Source of the DNA: a virus
Taxonomy: Duplodnaviria > Caudoviricetes
Length of the DNA stretch: 64,000 nucleotides
Reading direction: 5' to 3' (one strand)
IMG/VR virus record: IMGVR_UViG_3300028380_000482
Coordinates: 1 to 64,000 of that record
Shown here: positions 1 to 9,952 of the stretch, in pieces
How the letters are laid out: every line of letters starts with the position of its first letter
Position numbering within the stretch: position 1 is the stretch's first letter
Notes under the pieces: model-generated
What the model was told of the DNA's origin: nothing
The model's input: the letters and a program-made list of their open reading frames with translations, nothing else
Databases searched by the model: none
Position numbers and translations under genes: made by a program

Positions 1-633
1 CCCCCCCCGTCCTAATTCGCTCTGAATACCAAGGGCAAGCCACGCGCGTTTCCGCTCCTGCCAATATCCTTGACGGGCATCAAGGACAGAAAACGGGGGG
101 ACGATAAAGCGTTCGCGTAAGGTGAGGCGAGCGGCTTGGAGTGCCTCTGGCGTCGGGGGATTCGTGCCTGTGGGGAGTGACGAGCCGGACACATCGGGAG
201 CACTCGCCGCGCAGGCTGCGGCTAATTCTTCGTCGGTCCACAATGATGAGACATTCAAGTCGGTACTCAAGGCATTGAGTATCTCCGGGTCCCAGTCGAG
301 GTTCAGGCTCGCGATGCGATTGGCCCGCAAGCTAATCCGTACGGCTTGGGGATCATCAGCCGAGGCGATATCCGTCCGCTGCATCACAATCGGTTTGCGC
401 CCGTCATGTTGAAGCACGAGCACTTCGTCATCGGCAAAGGTAGCAGCGGCGGTTTCGAGGCGCGCGCTCCCGTCAATCACTTCCCCATCGGCGGCGGTGG
501 TAATTGGCGCGACATAGCCATCCTCGGTCATCGATTCGCTGAGGAGGGACATGCCACGGGCGGTGTGACGATTAGCGTTCTGCCGCTGGCGTGTGAAGTC
601 GGAAAGTTTACGAATTTGAACGGTGGGCTTCAT
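1..633 (-). CDS. ParB/Srx-like N-terminal domain fused to phage DNA methyltransferase region (runs off left edge)
   Basis: Own translation from ATG at 633: MKPTVQIRKLSDF..NANRHT.RG...APITTAADGEVIDGSARLE...RANRIASLNLDWD (ParB-like), then PPFSVLDARQGYWQERKRAWLALGIQSELGR, a motif typical of phage ParB-methylase genes near terminase. No stop before base 1. Confidence 0.75.
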   Translation of the reverse strand, partial: MKPTVQIRKLSDFTRQRQNANRHTARGMSLLSESMTEDGYVAPITTAADGEVIDGSARLETAAATFADDEVLVLQHDGRKPIVMQRTDIASADDPQAVRISLRANRIASLNLDWDPEILNALSTDLNVSSLWTDEELAAACAASAPDVSGSSLPTGTNPPTPEALQAARLTLRERFIVPPFSVLDARQGYWQERKRAWLALGIQSELGRGG

Positions 634-806
634 ACGGGCATTTTCCGACGAGGTTTCTTGGGCATTTTTGCTTTGGGCATCGACTTCGGCATCGTACTCG
701 ACATGGGCATATTCGTCATTTTCACTTTGGGAGTGTTGGCGGCACGGGTTGCGCCAGCGACGGTCTTCGGCATACGGGGCTTCATTCCCTTGGGCGGTGA
801 TTCCAT
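630..806 (-). CDS. small basic Met/Lys/Pro-rich protein
   Basis: GCAGGAG RBS before ATG 806; MESPPKGMKPRMPK...KMPKKPRRKMPV; ATGA overlap with the next gene. Confidence 0.55.
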   Translation of the reverse strand: MESPPKGMKPRMPKTVAGATRAANTPKVKMTNMPMSSTMPKSMPKAKMPKKPRRKMPV

Positions 807-855
807 AGCGGCTCCTGCAAGAAAGATGGGGGAAGTGTACCACAGGGCGAGGAAG

Positions 856-894
856 AAAAAAAAGAGCGACATCGGGGTAAGGTCGATGTCGCTC
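856..894 (-). terminator. intrinsic terminator
   Basis: Minus strand GAGCGACATCG-loop-CGATGTCGCTC followed by T8. Confidence 0.75.
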
Positions 895-941
895 AGCGGG
901 AAGGAATGGCCGCGTGGGCATCACTCCAGACGGCAGGGACA

Positions 942-1577
942 CTATGCCACGTCCGTCTGTCTCCGTATAGTCAGGTCAGTCGGTTGTACTCCGCCGACGG
1001 CGTGCGAAGCAATCTCGCTCCCGATCCAAATACTAATCTGATCCGAGTAGCGGTCTCGTTCGAGCAAGCAATACTGAGTGGCCCCTGACTCAGGCAACGG
1101 ACGGCGAAACTCCCACAACGAGAGCGCTTCAGCGGAGCGCTGTGTCGCGGTCGCTTTATGACCAAAGGCATCGGTCTTGAGTCCGACTTCAGACGGCGGA
1201 CGGACGAAGATCCACGGAATCCGCTCGGCGTAAATCTTGAGCTGCTCCCGCTTCATGAGGTCGCCAAAGTCTTTGGTCCAATCGGCAGTGGCGTACAGGT
1301 AGAACAGGACGACCCTAAAGGCACGTGCCCCCTCCCCTGGGGGGTCGCCACAGGCTGTGAGAATCGGCGTGTAACGGAGGCGGTAGAGCCGTGTGGTCTC
1401 TCTCACACTCGGCTTGGCGAGCGGGACTCTGAACAGGACATCGACCCATCCCGATCCTTTGCTTTCCATCTGGCGAGTCGCGGTGACAGGAAATTGTTTC
1501 AAGAAAAAGCCGGGCACATCCAGGGTCACAGTCTGACCCGGATGGCACGCGACATGGGGAGATGAGACGTGCGTCAT
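942..1577 (-). CDS. hypothetical protein (211 aa)
   Basis: GGAGG RBS; upstream TTGACA-18-TAACCT promoter near 1650-1680; followed by a terminator. Confidence 0.65.
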   Translation of the reverse strand: MTHVSSPHVACHPGQTVTLDVPGFFLKQFPVTATRQMESKGSGWVDVLFRVPLAKPSVRETTRLYRLRYTPILTACGDPPGEGARAFRVVLFYLYATADWTKDFGDLMKREQLKIYAERIPWIFVRPPSEVGLKTDAFGHKATATQRSAEALSLWEFRRPLPESGATQYCLLERDRYSDQISIWIGSEIASHAVGGVQPTDLTIRRQTDVA

Positions 1578-1715
1578 CTTTGACCTCCAAGCTGCATGGG
1601 GGGTGCAACGAGGTGGCGGTGGAAGTCCCCAGGTGTGCCCGACACGATAGGTTAGCCACGTTTGCTAGCAATTGTCAAGCAAAAATGTTCGCCGTCACGC
1701 GGCAAGGAGCCCGTC

Positions 1716-1982
1716 TCATGCCGTTCCTGGTTTAGGTCGTGTGCGTGACCCTCCCTTCTTCCCTGCTTTCTGACGGACTTCCGTTGCCTGATAGTCCTGA
1801 AACACAGAGAGAAAGCGGGGAGGAATAAGCAAGGCGGGGCGTTTGGCATCGGCGGGGACTTTCAGGCAGTGCTCATACATCTTCTGCTCTCGCAGAATTT
1901 GATAGACACGCTTCGCGGTCACTCCGGCAAGAGCGGCAGCAGTGGCAACGGAGAAATACTGCGTGAGGTCAGGGGGGATCAT
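1716..1982 (-). CDS. helix-turn-helix (excisionase/HTH_17-like) DNA-binding protein
   Basis: YFSVATAAALAGVTAKRVYQILRE HTH pattern. Confidence 0.7.
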   Translation of the reverse strand: MIPPDLTQYFSVATAAALAGVTAKRVYQILREQKMYEHCLKVPADAKRPALLIPPRFLSVFQDYQATEVRQKAGKKGGSRTRPKPGTA

Positions 1983-2476
1983 AAAAATACAGGGTGGAAT
2001 GCTGGAAGAAGAACGTCAATGGCAACCGGGTACTGTGGGAGCGAAATCGGGACAGTCGGAGGCATAAACTCGAATGTCTTCACCGAGATTTTCGCCCGTG
2101 GGTGATCGGCGATATAGGCCAGCCGCGTTGCCAATCCTCGTCGGATAAACCCTGGATCAAGACACAACACATCGCAGACTTGCAAGAATGAAAACCAATA
2201 CGGGGACTGGTCGTCTCCCTGTTCGTCGAACCAGGCTTGCGCTTCAGCGGCGGCATGTTGTGAAGAGAGACGAGATTTATGGGCGTGGCGAAGAAGGGTG
2301 GTGATCGCTTCTTCGAGGACGGCACGCAAGAGGCACCGTTCGGGAAAATTGTCGGTGAGTGGCTGTGGTTCCGCTTCTTCGATGTCGGTCTCGGTATCGA
2401 CAAGGACGAGCGAGAGATGTTCGACGCGAGCATGTTGCATGAGCAACCTGTTTTCTGCCAGCGGCCTAGTGTCCAC
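1979..2476 (-). CDS. conserved hypothetical protein (paralog of 15169-15621)
   Basis: ERCLLRAVLEEAI...AEAQAWF...FSFLQVCDVLCLDPGFIRRGL. Confidence 0.7.
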   Translation of the reverse strand: MDTRPLAENRLLMQHARVEHLSLVLVDTETDIEEAEPQPLTDNFPERCLLRAVLEEAITTLLRHAHKSRLSSQHAAAEAQAWFDEQGDDQSPYWFSFLQVCDVLCLDPGFIRRGLATRLAYIADHPRAKISVKTFEFMPPTVPISLPQYPVAIDVLLPAFHPVFL

Positions 2477-2737
2477 CGCACGGCGGTTATCAACGGAAAA
2501 GGTTTACATATTGTGTAGCTCCCGGATTACGCCTCAGGGTGAGGCGGTTGTCTGACAGCAGCACCCCCAAAATGCCTATAGCCCGAGATATAACGGGTTT
2601 GTGAGGAAAAAAACAAGGGAACCCGGTCTTGAATATCGTTCATTTTTGAACCTCTAAGAAAAAACATGGAAAAGGCAATAGTTCGCCGTCTTTTCTTAGG
2701 GGCCTACAAGGGAAGGAGAAAACCCTCCATTTCCCAT

Positions 2738-2766
2738 TTGACAACAGGTTCAACTTATTGTAAGAT
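2738..2766 (+). promoter_or_regulatory. sigma70 promoter with AGGTTCAACTT box in spacer
   Basis: TTGACA-acaggttcaacttattg-TAAGAT. Confidence 0.8.
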
Positions 2767-2848
2767 ATTTACAGTATTTCAGCAACTCGCCCTCGCTCTT
2801 CGCGTGCCACCTTCGTAGGGTGGGGGGCATAATCTCAAGGAGGTTCTA

Positions 2849-4951
2849 ATGATGACATACGTAGAGGTGCGAAATCAGGTGCTGCGGGCGGTCAAGTATC
2901 TTGCGAGCCGGTGTGACGGTGCCAAAGCGCAGGATGGGCAAGGTTTCAGGGGCACCGATACCGTCTTCGGTCACAGTCTCGCGCGCCAGGATTCGCTCTC
3001 GTACAATCAGTGTCAAACTGGACTCAAGATGCTCCAGACGTATCGAGGGCAGCTTGCGCGGGGAGGGATCGATCTGCCCTCTATGGCCGATCTGCCCACT
3101 CAGGCCGACCCTCCGCTTCCTGCACAGTGGCAATCGGCACAGCGCCCCGTGTATCCGAAAGAAATCACGCCGAGTTCTCTCAGTAACCAGCCTGGTTATG
3201 CCTCGCCAGCCTACACACGGCCTATTCCCGCTGGTTTGATCTCACTCCACAATGGATTGGTCTTTATTAAGTTCGGTAGCTTCCCGTCTGAAGACGATCG
3301 CTCGTTCGTCAAATCATGTGGCAAGTATCGATTTGACGGAGCCACAAAGGAGTGGTCGGTTCCGGCTGACTTTCTTGACAGGATCATTGCCCGCTTCCCC
3401 AAGATTCCGCTCGACCCGAAGTTGGCCGAATCACGTCGGGCGATGGAAGAAGAAGCGAACGCCAAGAAATCCGCGCATGAACAAGAAATCACGGCACTAC
3501 TCACCGCTGCTGGCGATCTGACGAAGATGCAGGCGAACGGACAGACGCTCTTTCCCCACCAACAAGAGGGAGTGGCGCAAATGTTGACGGAACACAAAAT
3601 GATCCTGGGGTGGGACATGGGGCTCGGGAAAACAACAGCCGCGCTCGTTGTTGCAAAGGCGTGGCAAACCGTTTATCCGGCGCTCCCGATTTTCGTCGTG
3701 TGCCCCGCCTCTCTTATGGGGATGTGGCACCGGGAAGCAGAACAGATGCGCGTAGCGCTTGAGGTGTGGTCGTGGGCAAAAATGCCGGAGCCCCTCGAAG
3801 ATCGGGAATATCTCCTCATTGCCGATGAGGCTCACTATGCGGCGGCGGGCAATAAGAGTTTGCGGGGCGAAGCCTTTCTCGCCCTGTCTACACACCCGCG
3901 TTGTAGAGCGAGCTATCCGATGACTGGTACACCGATCAAGAATGGCAGGCCGATTAACCTCCTGCCGCTCCTGCAAGCAATCGATCATCCCTTATCACAT
4001 GATGTGAAACGCTACCATGTCCGGTGGTGCGCCGCAAAGGAGACGCGCTGGTCAAAATGGGATGTGACCGGGGCCGCGTTTCTCGACGAACTCCATCTCA
4101 AAACGAAAGACAGACTCGCCCGTAAAACAAAAAGCGAGTGTCTTGATCTGCCACCAAAGATTCGTGCCTTTGTTCCTGCCGAACTCAGTGACTACGCCAT
4201 CAAACAGTATCAAGACGCGTTCAAAGAAATGCAGAGGGAGTATCAGGAACGAGTACGGAAAGGAGAGATTTCGGTAGAGGGGGAAGCGCTGGTGATGACG
4301 ACCCACTATCGACATGCGTCTTCGATTGCAAAGAGTGAATTTATCGCGGAGATGGCGCGAGAAATTCTCGATGCCGGGTATCCAGTTGGAATCTTCACCG
4401 AGTTTCATACCTCACAAGAGATGATTATTACGAGCCTGCGAACAACCCACCCGCAGATGCAGATTGAACATCTCACGGGCGAGACGCCGAAAGAAGATCG
4501 GCAGGCGATGGTAGATCGGTTTCAGGCTGGGCAGTCTCAGGTTTTCGTATCGAGTTCTCGCGCAGGCGGGGTGGGCATCACGTTGACGAAGTCGTCGCGG
4601 GTCATTCTCGGGGATCGGCCCTGGACTCCCGGCGATACGTTTCAGGTGGAGGACCGCTTTTATCGGATCGGGCAGGAGCAAACGGTGAATGTGTGGTGGG
4701 TCCAGCTCCCTGGTGGGATCGACGAAAAAATTGATCAGGTGATTATCGCCAAACAGCGCAATATCGACATCGTGCTGGAAGGCGGAAAGCCGGATTTAGA
4801 AATCGAGAAAGCCAGCATTCAAGACATCGTCTACGAAATGCTGATGCAGCAGATGGCCAAAAAGAAGGGCGGAAAGAAAAAAGTGAAAAAAGAAGATCAG
4901 GTGGGACAACTACAGGAACTAGCAGCAAGTGAGGAAGGAATAGAACAATGA
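2849..4951 (+). CDS. SNF2/SWI2-family helicase (HARP/SMARCAL1-like)
   Basis: LFPHQQEGV, DMGLGKT, DEAH, TGTPIKNGRP, GGVGITLT, QVEDRFYRIGQ. Confidence 0.93.
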   Translation: MMTYVEVRNQVLRAVKYLASRCDGAKAQDGQGFRGTDTVFGHSLARQDSLSYNQCQTGLKMLQTYRGQLARGGIDLPSMADLPTQADPPLPAQWQSAQRPVYPKEITPSSLSNQPGYASPAYTRPIPAGLISLHNGLVFIKFGSFPSEDDRSFVKSCGKYRFDGATKEWSVPADFLDRIIARFPKIPLDPKLAESRRAMEEEANAKKSAHEQEITALLTAAGDLTKMQANGQTLFPHQQEGVAQMLTEHKMILGWDMGLGKTTAALVVAKAWQTVYPALPIFVVCPASLMGMWHREAEQMRVALEVWSWAKMPEPLEDREYLLIADEAHYAAAGNKSLRGEAFLALSTHPRCRASYPMTGTPIKNGRPINLLPLLQAIDHPLSHDVKRYHVRWCAAKETRWSKWDVTGAAFLDELHLKTKDRLARKTKSECLDLPPKIRAFVPAELSDYAIKQYQDAFKEMQREYQERVRKGEISVEGEALVMTTHYRHASSIAKSEFIAEMAREILDAGYPVGIFTEFHTSQEMIITSLRTTHPQMQIEHLTGETPKEDRQAMVDRFQAGQSQVFVSSSRAGGVGITLTKSSRVILGDRPWTPGDTFQVEDRFYRIGQEQTVNVWWVQLPGGIDEKIDQVIIAKQRNIDIVLEGGKPDLEIEKASIQDIVYEMLMQQMAKKKGGKKKVKKEDQVGQLQELAASEEGIEQ

Positions 4952-5196
4952 AACGCACACAAACTATCGTTACCACATACGAATGGGTGAGCCCCACGGG
5001 TGAGCCGGTCCGACCGGAGCATGTAAATGCGCTCGAACGGCGGGCACGTGAAGTCATCGCCTCCGAGAAACAGCACGCAAAGCTAAAAGGAGAACTCACG
5101 CACTGGGTATCCGAACCAAACGGGAACAGCAAGGATGGAATCGCCTACCGTGGCTGGTGGTCCGTAACCTTACAGAGTGAGGAGAATACCGAATGA
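4948..5196 (+). CDS. hypothetical phage protein
   Basis: ATGA-coupled to the helicase; ends YRGWWS. Confidence 0.65.
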   Translation: MKRTQTIVTTYEWVSPTGEPVRPEHVNALERRAREVIASEKQHAKLKGELTHWVSEPNGNSKDGIAYRGWWSVTLQSEENTE

Positions 5197-5390
5197 ACCG
5201 CACCCATCCGTCCTTATCGCCCGCCGAACGCAATTTCTACCAGCACGTGAGAGAGAGTCACGGCGGGCACGGCAAACAGAGCAACACGTGCAAGAAGTGC
5301 CGCACGCTGAGCACCAAGATTCGCCAGTCTGACGAAGACCGGGCCGCAGCATGGCTGGCACAGAATCAGGACTCACTCGAAGTGAGATAA
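5193..5390 (+). CDS. hypothetical protein with His/CxxC motif
   Basis: GAGGAG RBS, coupled start. Confidence 0.6.
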   Translation: MNRTHPSLSPAERNFYQHVRESHGGHGKQSNTCKKCRTLSTKIRQSDEDRAAAWLAQNQDSLEVR

Positions 5391-5394
5391 CTAC

Positions 5395-5423
5395 TTGACA
5401 AAAGGTTCAACTTATTGTATTTT
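5395..5423 (+). promoter_or_regulatory. sigma70 promoter with AGGTTCAACTT box
   Basis: TTGACA-aaaggttcaacttattg-TATTTT. Confidence 0.75.
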
Positions 5424-5437
5424 ACCAGGAGGATCAC

Positions 5438-6001
5438 ATGATGCCACACAAAGAACGCGACTACCCTGGTCTGTCGGTTGACGAGATCAAAGCCATTCTC
5501 TCACGGCATGTGTCATCGGCGGCGCTCGCCGTCGCGTGGGATATGGCGGTGTCGCAAGGACGGCCTGTGTTCGAAGATGCAAATCGAGTCCAGTATGTCA
5601 AAGTACATGACGACTACATGCTCGCCGCCGTGAAAGGCTCAGCCCATAGTTCGCTCACGTTGAGCATTCTTCCTATTCCCCGTTTTTGGGTACAGGTCGC
5701 CTGGAGTCCCGTCTCTCTCACGAAGTCGCCCTATCAGGCAGCACTCCGCCCACAGCCGAGGGGCATGAGTCCGGCGTTACGGCGGGCGCGGGAACTGGCA
5801 ATCGGGCGCTATGCGGTTCCTCCATTGGCTGTGCGCTATCTCTGCCATCTCGAAGCGACGTTAGAACCCACCCAACAGACCACCCTCACCGCCTTTGCGC
5901 AGTACGCCCAATGTATCGAGGCGATGCCCTGTCACGAGCCGGACTATCAAGCCGATGAAACCGCCCGCCAGTGGTTTCGGGATCACCAAGAATGTTCATA
6001 A
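5438..6001 (+). CDS. hypothetical protein
   Basis: AGGAGG RBS directly after the promoter. Confidence 0.65.
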   Translation: MMPHKERDYPGLSVDEIKAILSRHVSSAALAVAWDMAVSQGRPVFEDANRVQYVKVHDDYMLAAVKGSAHSSLTLSILPIPRFWVQVAWSPVSLTKSPYQAALRPQPRGMSPALRRARELAIGRYAVPPLAVRYLCHLEATLEPTQQTTLTAFAQYAQCIEAMPCHEPDYQADETARQWFRDHQECS

Positions 6002-6017
6002 CAGAAAGGATCATATT

Positions 6018-6281
6018 GTGAAGAATACGCGAGACAATCTGACGCCGATGTCGACTTTGGCAGAAATTACAACGCTGCTTACTGAACTTCTTGCCTTTGA
6101 AGCGCGACTCTCAGCGGAGGCTCCGGCCACAGCTCTCCTCCTGCGCGGTGACCTGATGGCTGCGGCGGTTCGGCTGTATAACGCCGCCCACCGGCTCCGA
6201 CAGACGCCAACAATCCGATCACTCCAAGAAACCCGAATGCATCGGATGGATATTCCGCCAGCGGAACGGGAGGAGGAATAA
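6018..6281 (+). CDS. hypothetical protein
   Basis: AAGGA RBS, GTG start, operon packing. Confidence 0.5.
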   Translation: MKNTRDNLTPMSTLAEITTLLTELLAFEARLSAEAPATALLLRGDLMAAAVRLYNAAHRLRQTPTIRSLQETRMHRMDIPPAEREEE

Positions 6282-6284
6282 GCC

Positions 6285-6485
6285 ATGAACGCACCCTACA
6301 CGCCCGCTATCGGAGATTACGTGCAGTGTCGCATGTTGAGTGGTCCGAAACTGACAGGGAGAATAACGACGCTCGATACAGAGACGCACGTAGCGGTAAT
6401 CTGTATCAACGGCCAAGTCTTTGGATTTTCGTGGTGGGAGTTGCAACCGTGCGCTCCTCCCGTACCCCAAGCGGAGGAGCCATGA
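6285..6485 (+). CDS. small SH3/KOW-like hypothetical protein
   Basis: IGDYVQC...GRITTL pattern; GGAGG RBS. Confidence 0.55.
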   Translation: MNAPYTPAIGDYVQCRMLSGPKLTGRITTLDTETHVAVICINGQVFGFSWWELQPCAPPVPQAEEP

Positions 6486-6970
6486 ACCGCCCTTACACTT
6501 ACAAACCTTACACTTACAAAGACCCGACGACCAAATTCAACGAGACCAAACTGCGGGACAAGTTACGGGAGATGGTACTTGGCCCGCACTGGTGGCGCAT
6601 CGAGAATCGCTTCGGGAAAGGCGTACCTGATCTGAATGCCTGCTACAATTCCAAGGAAATTTGGGTAGAAACCAAGGTAAGACGAGGACCGTTCGCGCTC
6701 GTTACAGAGCATCAGAAGAACTGGCACCGTGACCGGATCGCCGCAGGTGGCACGACGTTCTTTCTCCTCGGGGAAAGGGTCGGGCGAGGAAAGATCCTCG
6801 TCACAATCTGGAGCGGCAGCAAAGGAACTGAGTTGATTGAGAAGCCGTACAGGGAGGTGCCTGGCTACATGGCGGAGTTATCCGCACTGTATGCGCCGTC
6901 GTTACTGCGGGTATTCTTTGAGCCGGGGTACTTTGCGGCAGCGCCGTGGTCGGAAAGGAAAACAGCGTGA
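6482..6970 (+). CDS. VRR-NUC / Holliday-junction-resolvase-like PD-(D/E)XK nuclease
   Basis: RIEN..GKGVPDL...WVETK...TEHQKNWH..IAAGG. Confidence 0.85.
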   Translation: MNRPYTYKPYTYKDPTTKFNETKLRDKLREMVLGPHWWRIENRFGKGVPDLNACYNSKEIWVETKVRRGPFALVTEHQKNWHRDRIAAGGTTFFLLGERVGRGKILVTIWSGSKGTELIEKPYREVPGYMAELSALYAPSLLRVFFEPGYFAAAPWSERKTA

Positions 6971-8412
6971 CTCCGCTACGGTCTCGCACGGAAAGTTGGT
7001 CGCATCAGCTTAGGGGGTACTCCTTTCTTGATGAACATAACGGAGGAATACTTTCTATTCATATGGGCGGGGGCAAGAGTAAAGTTAGTGTAGACTATGT
7101 AGTAAGTCACGAACTCAGCCCTGTTCTGATTATGGCGCCGCCCAGCGTGGTTGCAGTGTGGTCAAATCAGTTCAGACAACACGCCGCCTCAAACTACCAA
7201 GTGCTTGCCTTAGGCGGAGACGCCCACAAGAGGGTTTCCGTCAAGAAACGAACACTCGAAGCCGAACGCTTCGTCCGCAACATGCGCTCACAACGGCAGC
7301 CATGTGCGGTCGTCATCAATCACGAGGGGTGCTGGCGCGAGCCGTTCGCCCGCTTCGCACTGGAGGGGGGAAAGTTCCAATGCGCGATCCTTGACGAGTC
7401 GCACAGGGCACAGGATCACGGCGGCGCGTTGGGGAACTTTGTGATGGAAATGGCGAAGTGGATTCCCCATCGGATTGCGTTGACAGGAACACCGATGCCA
7501 AGGCACGAATTGAACGTCTTTAGTCAGGCCCGGTTCACGCACCCGGAGGTGTTTGGGACGCGCTATACACCCGTGCAAACGAGATATGCGCAAACGGGGG
7601 GTTGGCAAGGAAAAGGGACGATCACTATTAAGCCGGACATGCGGACAGAGTTTATCGAGAAATGTAACCGCGTGCTCTTTGTTGTGAGTAAAGAAGAACT
7701 CGATTTGTCGTTACCAGAGGAAACTCACAGTCAGAGACTCTGCACACTCGCTCCGCAGTTTCGTGCCCGCTATGAAGAGTTGCGGCGGGACTACTACACC
7801 GAACTTGCTGACGAGATCGCCCAAGGAACTATCACTGTGAAGAATGCTGGGGTGAAGCTACTGCGTCTGCATCAATTTACTTCCGGCCATGTTCGACTTG
7901 ACGATTCAGATACGGTGCAAGACTATTCTGATCACAAAGAGCGGGCGCTGATGGAGTTGCTTGAAGATGTCAATGAGCGAACGACAGTGTTTGCAAGGTT
8001 CACGCACGATTTGAAAATTATCTCCCGCGTGACGGAAAAACTCGGTCTTCGCTACGGCGAAATCAGTGGCAAGCGAAAGGACCTCGGTCCGAATGCCACC
8101 TATCCTGAGAATGTAGACGTGCTTGGGGTGCAGATCGCGAGTGGAGGGCTCGGAATTGATTTAACGCGATCATCACTTGCTGTATACTTCAGTGTCGATT
8201 TTTCTGTTATAAATTATTTACAATCTCAGGCCAGGCTTTGTCGGCCAGGGCAACGTCGTCCTGTGCGATACGTACACATTGTGACTGAGGATACAATTGA
8301 CGAAATGATCTATGCGGCCTTGGCGGATCGTCAAGATGTCATCGAAGCGTTCCTTAATGATATTCGAGAGCGGCAACCCGTGCGCGAGGAGGGAAGGGCA
8401 GTGATGCTATGA
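6967..8412 (+). CDS. SNF2-family helicase (phage type, paired with VRR-NUC)
   Basis: HMGGGKS, LDESH, LTGTP, GGLGIDLT, QSQARLCRPGQ. Confidence 0.92.
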   Translation: MTPLRSRTESWSHQLRGYSFLDEHNGGILSIHMGGGKSKVSVDYVVSHELSPVLIMAPPSVVAVWSNQFRQHAASNYQVLALGGDAHKRVSVKKRTLEAERFVRNMRSQRQPCAVVINHEGCWREPFARFALEGGKFQCAILDESHRAQDHGGALGNFVMEMAKWIPHRIALTGTPMPRHELNVFSQARFTHPEVFGTRYTPVQTRYAQTGGWQGKGTITIKPDMRTEFIEKCNRVLFVVSKEELDLSLPEETHSQRLCTLAPQFRARYEELRRDYYTELADEIAQGTITVKNAGVKLLRLHQFTSGHVRLDDSDTVQDYSDHKERALMELLEDVNERTTVFARFTHDLKIISRVTEKLGLRYGEISGKRKDLGPNATYPENVDVLGVQIASGGLGIDLTRSSLAVYFSVDFSVINYLQSQARLCRPGQRRPVRYVHIVTEDTIDEMIYAALADRQDVIEAFLNDIRERQPVREEGRAVML

Positions 8413-8414
8413 TG

Positions 8415-9107
8415 TCAACCCTTTCGCCATTCTTGATAGGGCCTACGATTGTTTGCCTGTTCTTTCGCTGTCGCCCATCGTACATTTCCAGGTTGATAAT
8501 TTCCATTTACGTTAATTCGGTCGAGGGAATGTTGGGCGCTGGGTCGTGGACCAATATAAGCATAGAACGCTTCAAAGGAGGCACGCCATTCCGCACAAAC
8601 AGTGATCCCGCGACCTCCGTAGTCTCGGAAACTTGTGGCCTGTGGATTTTCTGTCCGTTGAATCATCCTGGCCCAAGCGTAGTATTCAGGCGCAATACCA
8701 ATGCTATGGCGGCGCGACATACCGTGTGTAATCCCACGTCGCGCATTCTCTTCTTTTCCATAACAGCCACACGATTTCGTTTCGCCAGTTGTCAAATGAG
8801 TGCCTTTGACAACCTTAACCGTCCCACATTCACATTGACATTTCCACAATACGTGACCTTTGCCTGCGCTCGTGGCTCGCTCGATCACCAGATACCGATG
8901 GAATTTTTTTCCTGTGAGGTCGTGAACGCGGCTACAGCCACACGAAAATGTCGTCCCTCTCCACAGACCTTGTGCATGGGCAATCGTAATCGTTCCACAT
9001 TGGCATGTGCAGTGCCATCGAACTTGGTTAGATTTTCCGTTTTCTGCACGCCTGACTACAGTCAGGCGACCAAAAATTTGACCGGTCAAATTTCGAAATG
9101 CTGGCAT
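8415..9107 (-). CDS. free-standing HNH homing endonuclease with two Cys-rich repeats
   Basis: LTGQIFGRLTV..WHCTCQCG twice; YGGRGITVC; SLDRINVNGNYQPGNVRWAT; AGGAGG RBS before ATG 9107. Confidence 0.9.
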   Translation of the reverse strand: MPAFRNLTGQIFGRLTVVRRAENGKSNQVRWHCTCQCGTITIAHAQGLWRGTTFSCGCSRVHDLTGKKFHRYLVIERATSAGKGHVLWKCQCECGTVKVVKGTHLTTGETKSCGCYGKEENARRGITHGMSRRHSIGIAPEYYAWARMIQRTENPQATSFRDYGGRGITVCAEWRASFEAFYAYIGPRPSAQHSLDRINVNGNYQPGNVRWATAKEQANNRRPYQEWRKG

Positions 9108-9144
9108 ATAACACCTCCTATCGTGTGTATCCTTGTTGGTAAGC

Positions 9145-9202
9145 GCGGCAGCTCGCAAGGAAACGAGGATTCGGTTCAGATAGCTAGTCCGTTCCTAGCC
9201 GC
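9145..9202 (-). ncRNA. C4-antisense-like structured RNA in the HNH leader
   Basis: GCGGCTAG...AGCTA..GAACCGAA..CTCG..CGAG-CTGCCGC; terminal stem GCGGC(T)AG/CTGCCGC enclosing internal hairpins. Confidence 0.5.
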
Positions 9203-9322
9203 CCATTTAGTCTATCAAATTGCACCAGAAAAACAACCCCAGCAGCAACAGGTCCCTTGTCTTGCGCCGCCGAATATGGTACAACTTACGCAATAAGTTA
9301 CATAAAACGAAGGGAGACAGGA

Positions 9323-9868
9323 ATGGATACGCAGGCATCAGTCACAATGGAACAAGCACTCCGGTTGAAGGAGTTAGAAGCCGTAAAGGGATTTATTGCC
9401 GTTGACCTAGAAATCGAAGCGATTGAAGCGCAGCTTGAAGAACGTAAGGCAGTGTTAAAGGTCCTTGAAGATCGGGTGCAACGTTACTTTCTTACCGAGG
9501 GGATTCCGTCACAGCGGATCGGGGATCGGCTGGTGTATACGCATACCCGCTCGTTTCTGGCCTATACGGAAGGGACAACACGGGAACTGGCAACTCAAGT
9601 GCTCGCGACGATTCCCGATCTCAGCTATCTGGTGTCGCCAAATTTCAATCACAACAAGTTAAATGCGGACGTGAAGGAGATCGAACAACAGGCAAAAATG
9701 TCGATCTTCGAAAAATACCCGAAGCTGCGAGCGGTCTTCAAAGCAGACGAGGCCGTGATGATTAAGGCCAAGAAATCAGAGGCGAAGAAAGTGCCGACGC
9801 GTCCTGCTAGGTCGGCAGAAAAGGAGGACCGAGACGCAGAGTTTGCAGAATACACGCACGGCAAATAA
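9323..9868 (+). CDS. phage coiled-coil protein of the replication/recombination module
   Basis: N-terminal coiled coil; GGGAG RBS; lies before the SSB-like gene. Confidence 0.7.
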   Translation: MDTQASVTMEQALRLKELEAVKGFIAVDLEIEAIEAQLEERKAVLKVLEDRVQRYFLTEGIPSQRIGDRLVYTHTRSFLAYTEGTTRELATQVLATIPDLSYLVSPNFNHNKLNADVKEIEQQAKMSIFEKYPKLRAVFKADEAVMIKAKKSEAKKVPTRPARSAEKEDRDAEFAEYTHGK

Positions 9869-9952
9869 GCCCCCCAAAGGAGGGGGCAAGTAACCCGAAC
9901 CCCAACCCTAACCCGTCCGCATGGACGGACCACATACGAAAGGCGCAACGTT

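Noticed and set aside
346-1041. 231-aa plus-strand ORF
   Set aside because: Overlaps the better-supported minus-strand ParB-methylase and basic-protein genes and a terminator.
6491-6520. 15-bp tandem duplication (PYTYK x2); similar SPDAG repeat near 15786
   Set aside because: Short in-frame slippage duplications with no evident function.
8409-9296. 295-aa plus-strand ORF
   Set aside because: Antisense shadow of the HNH gene.
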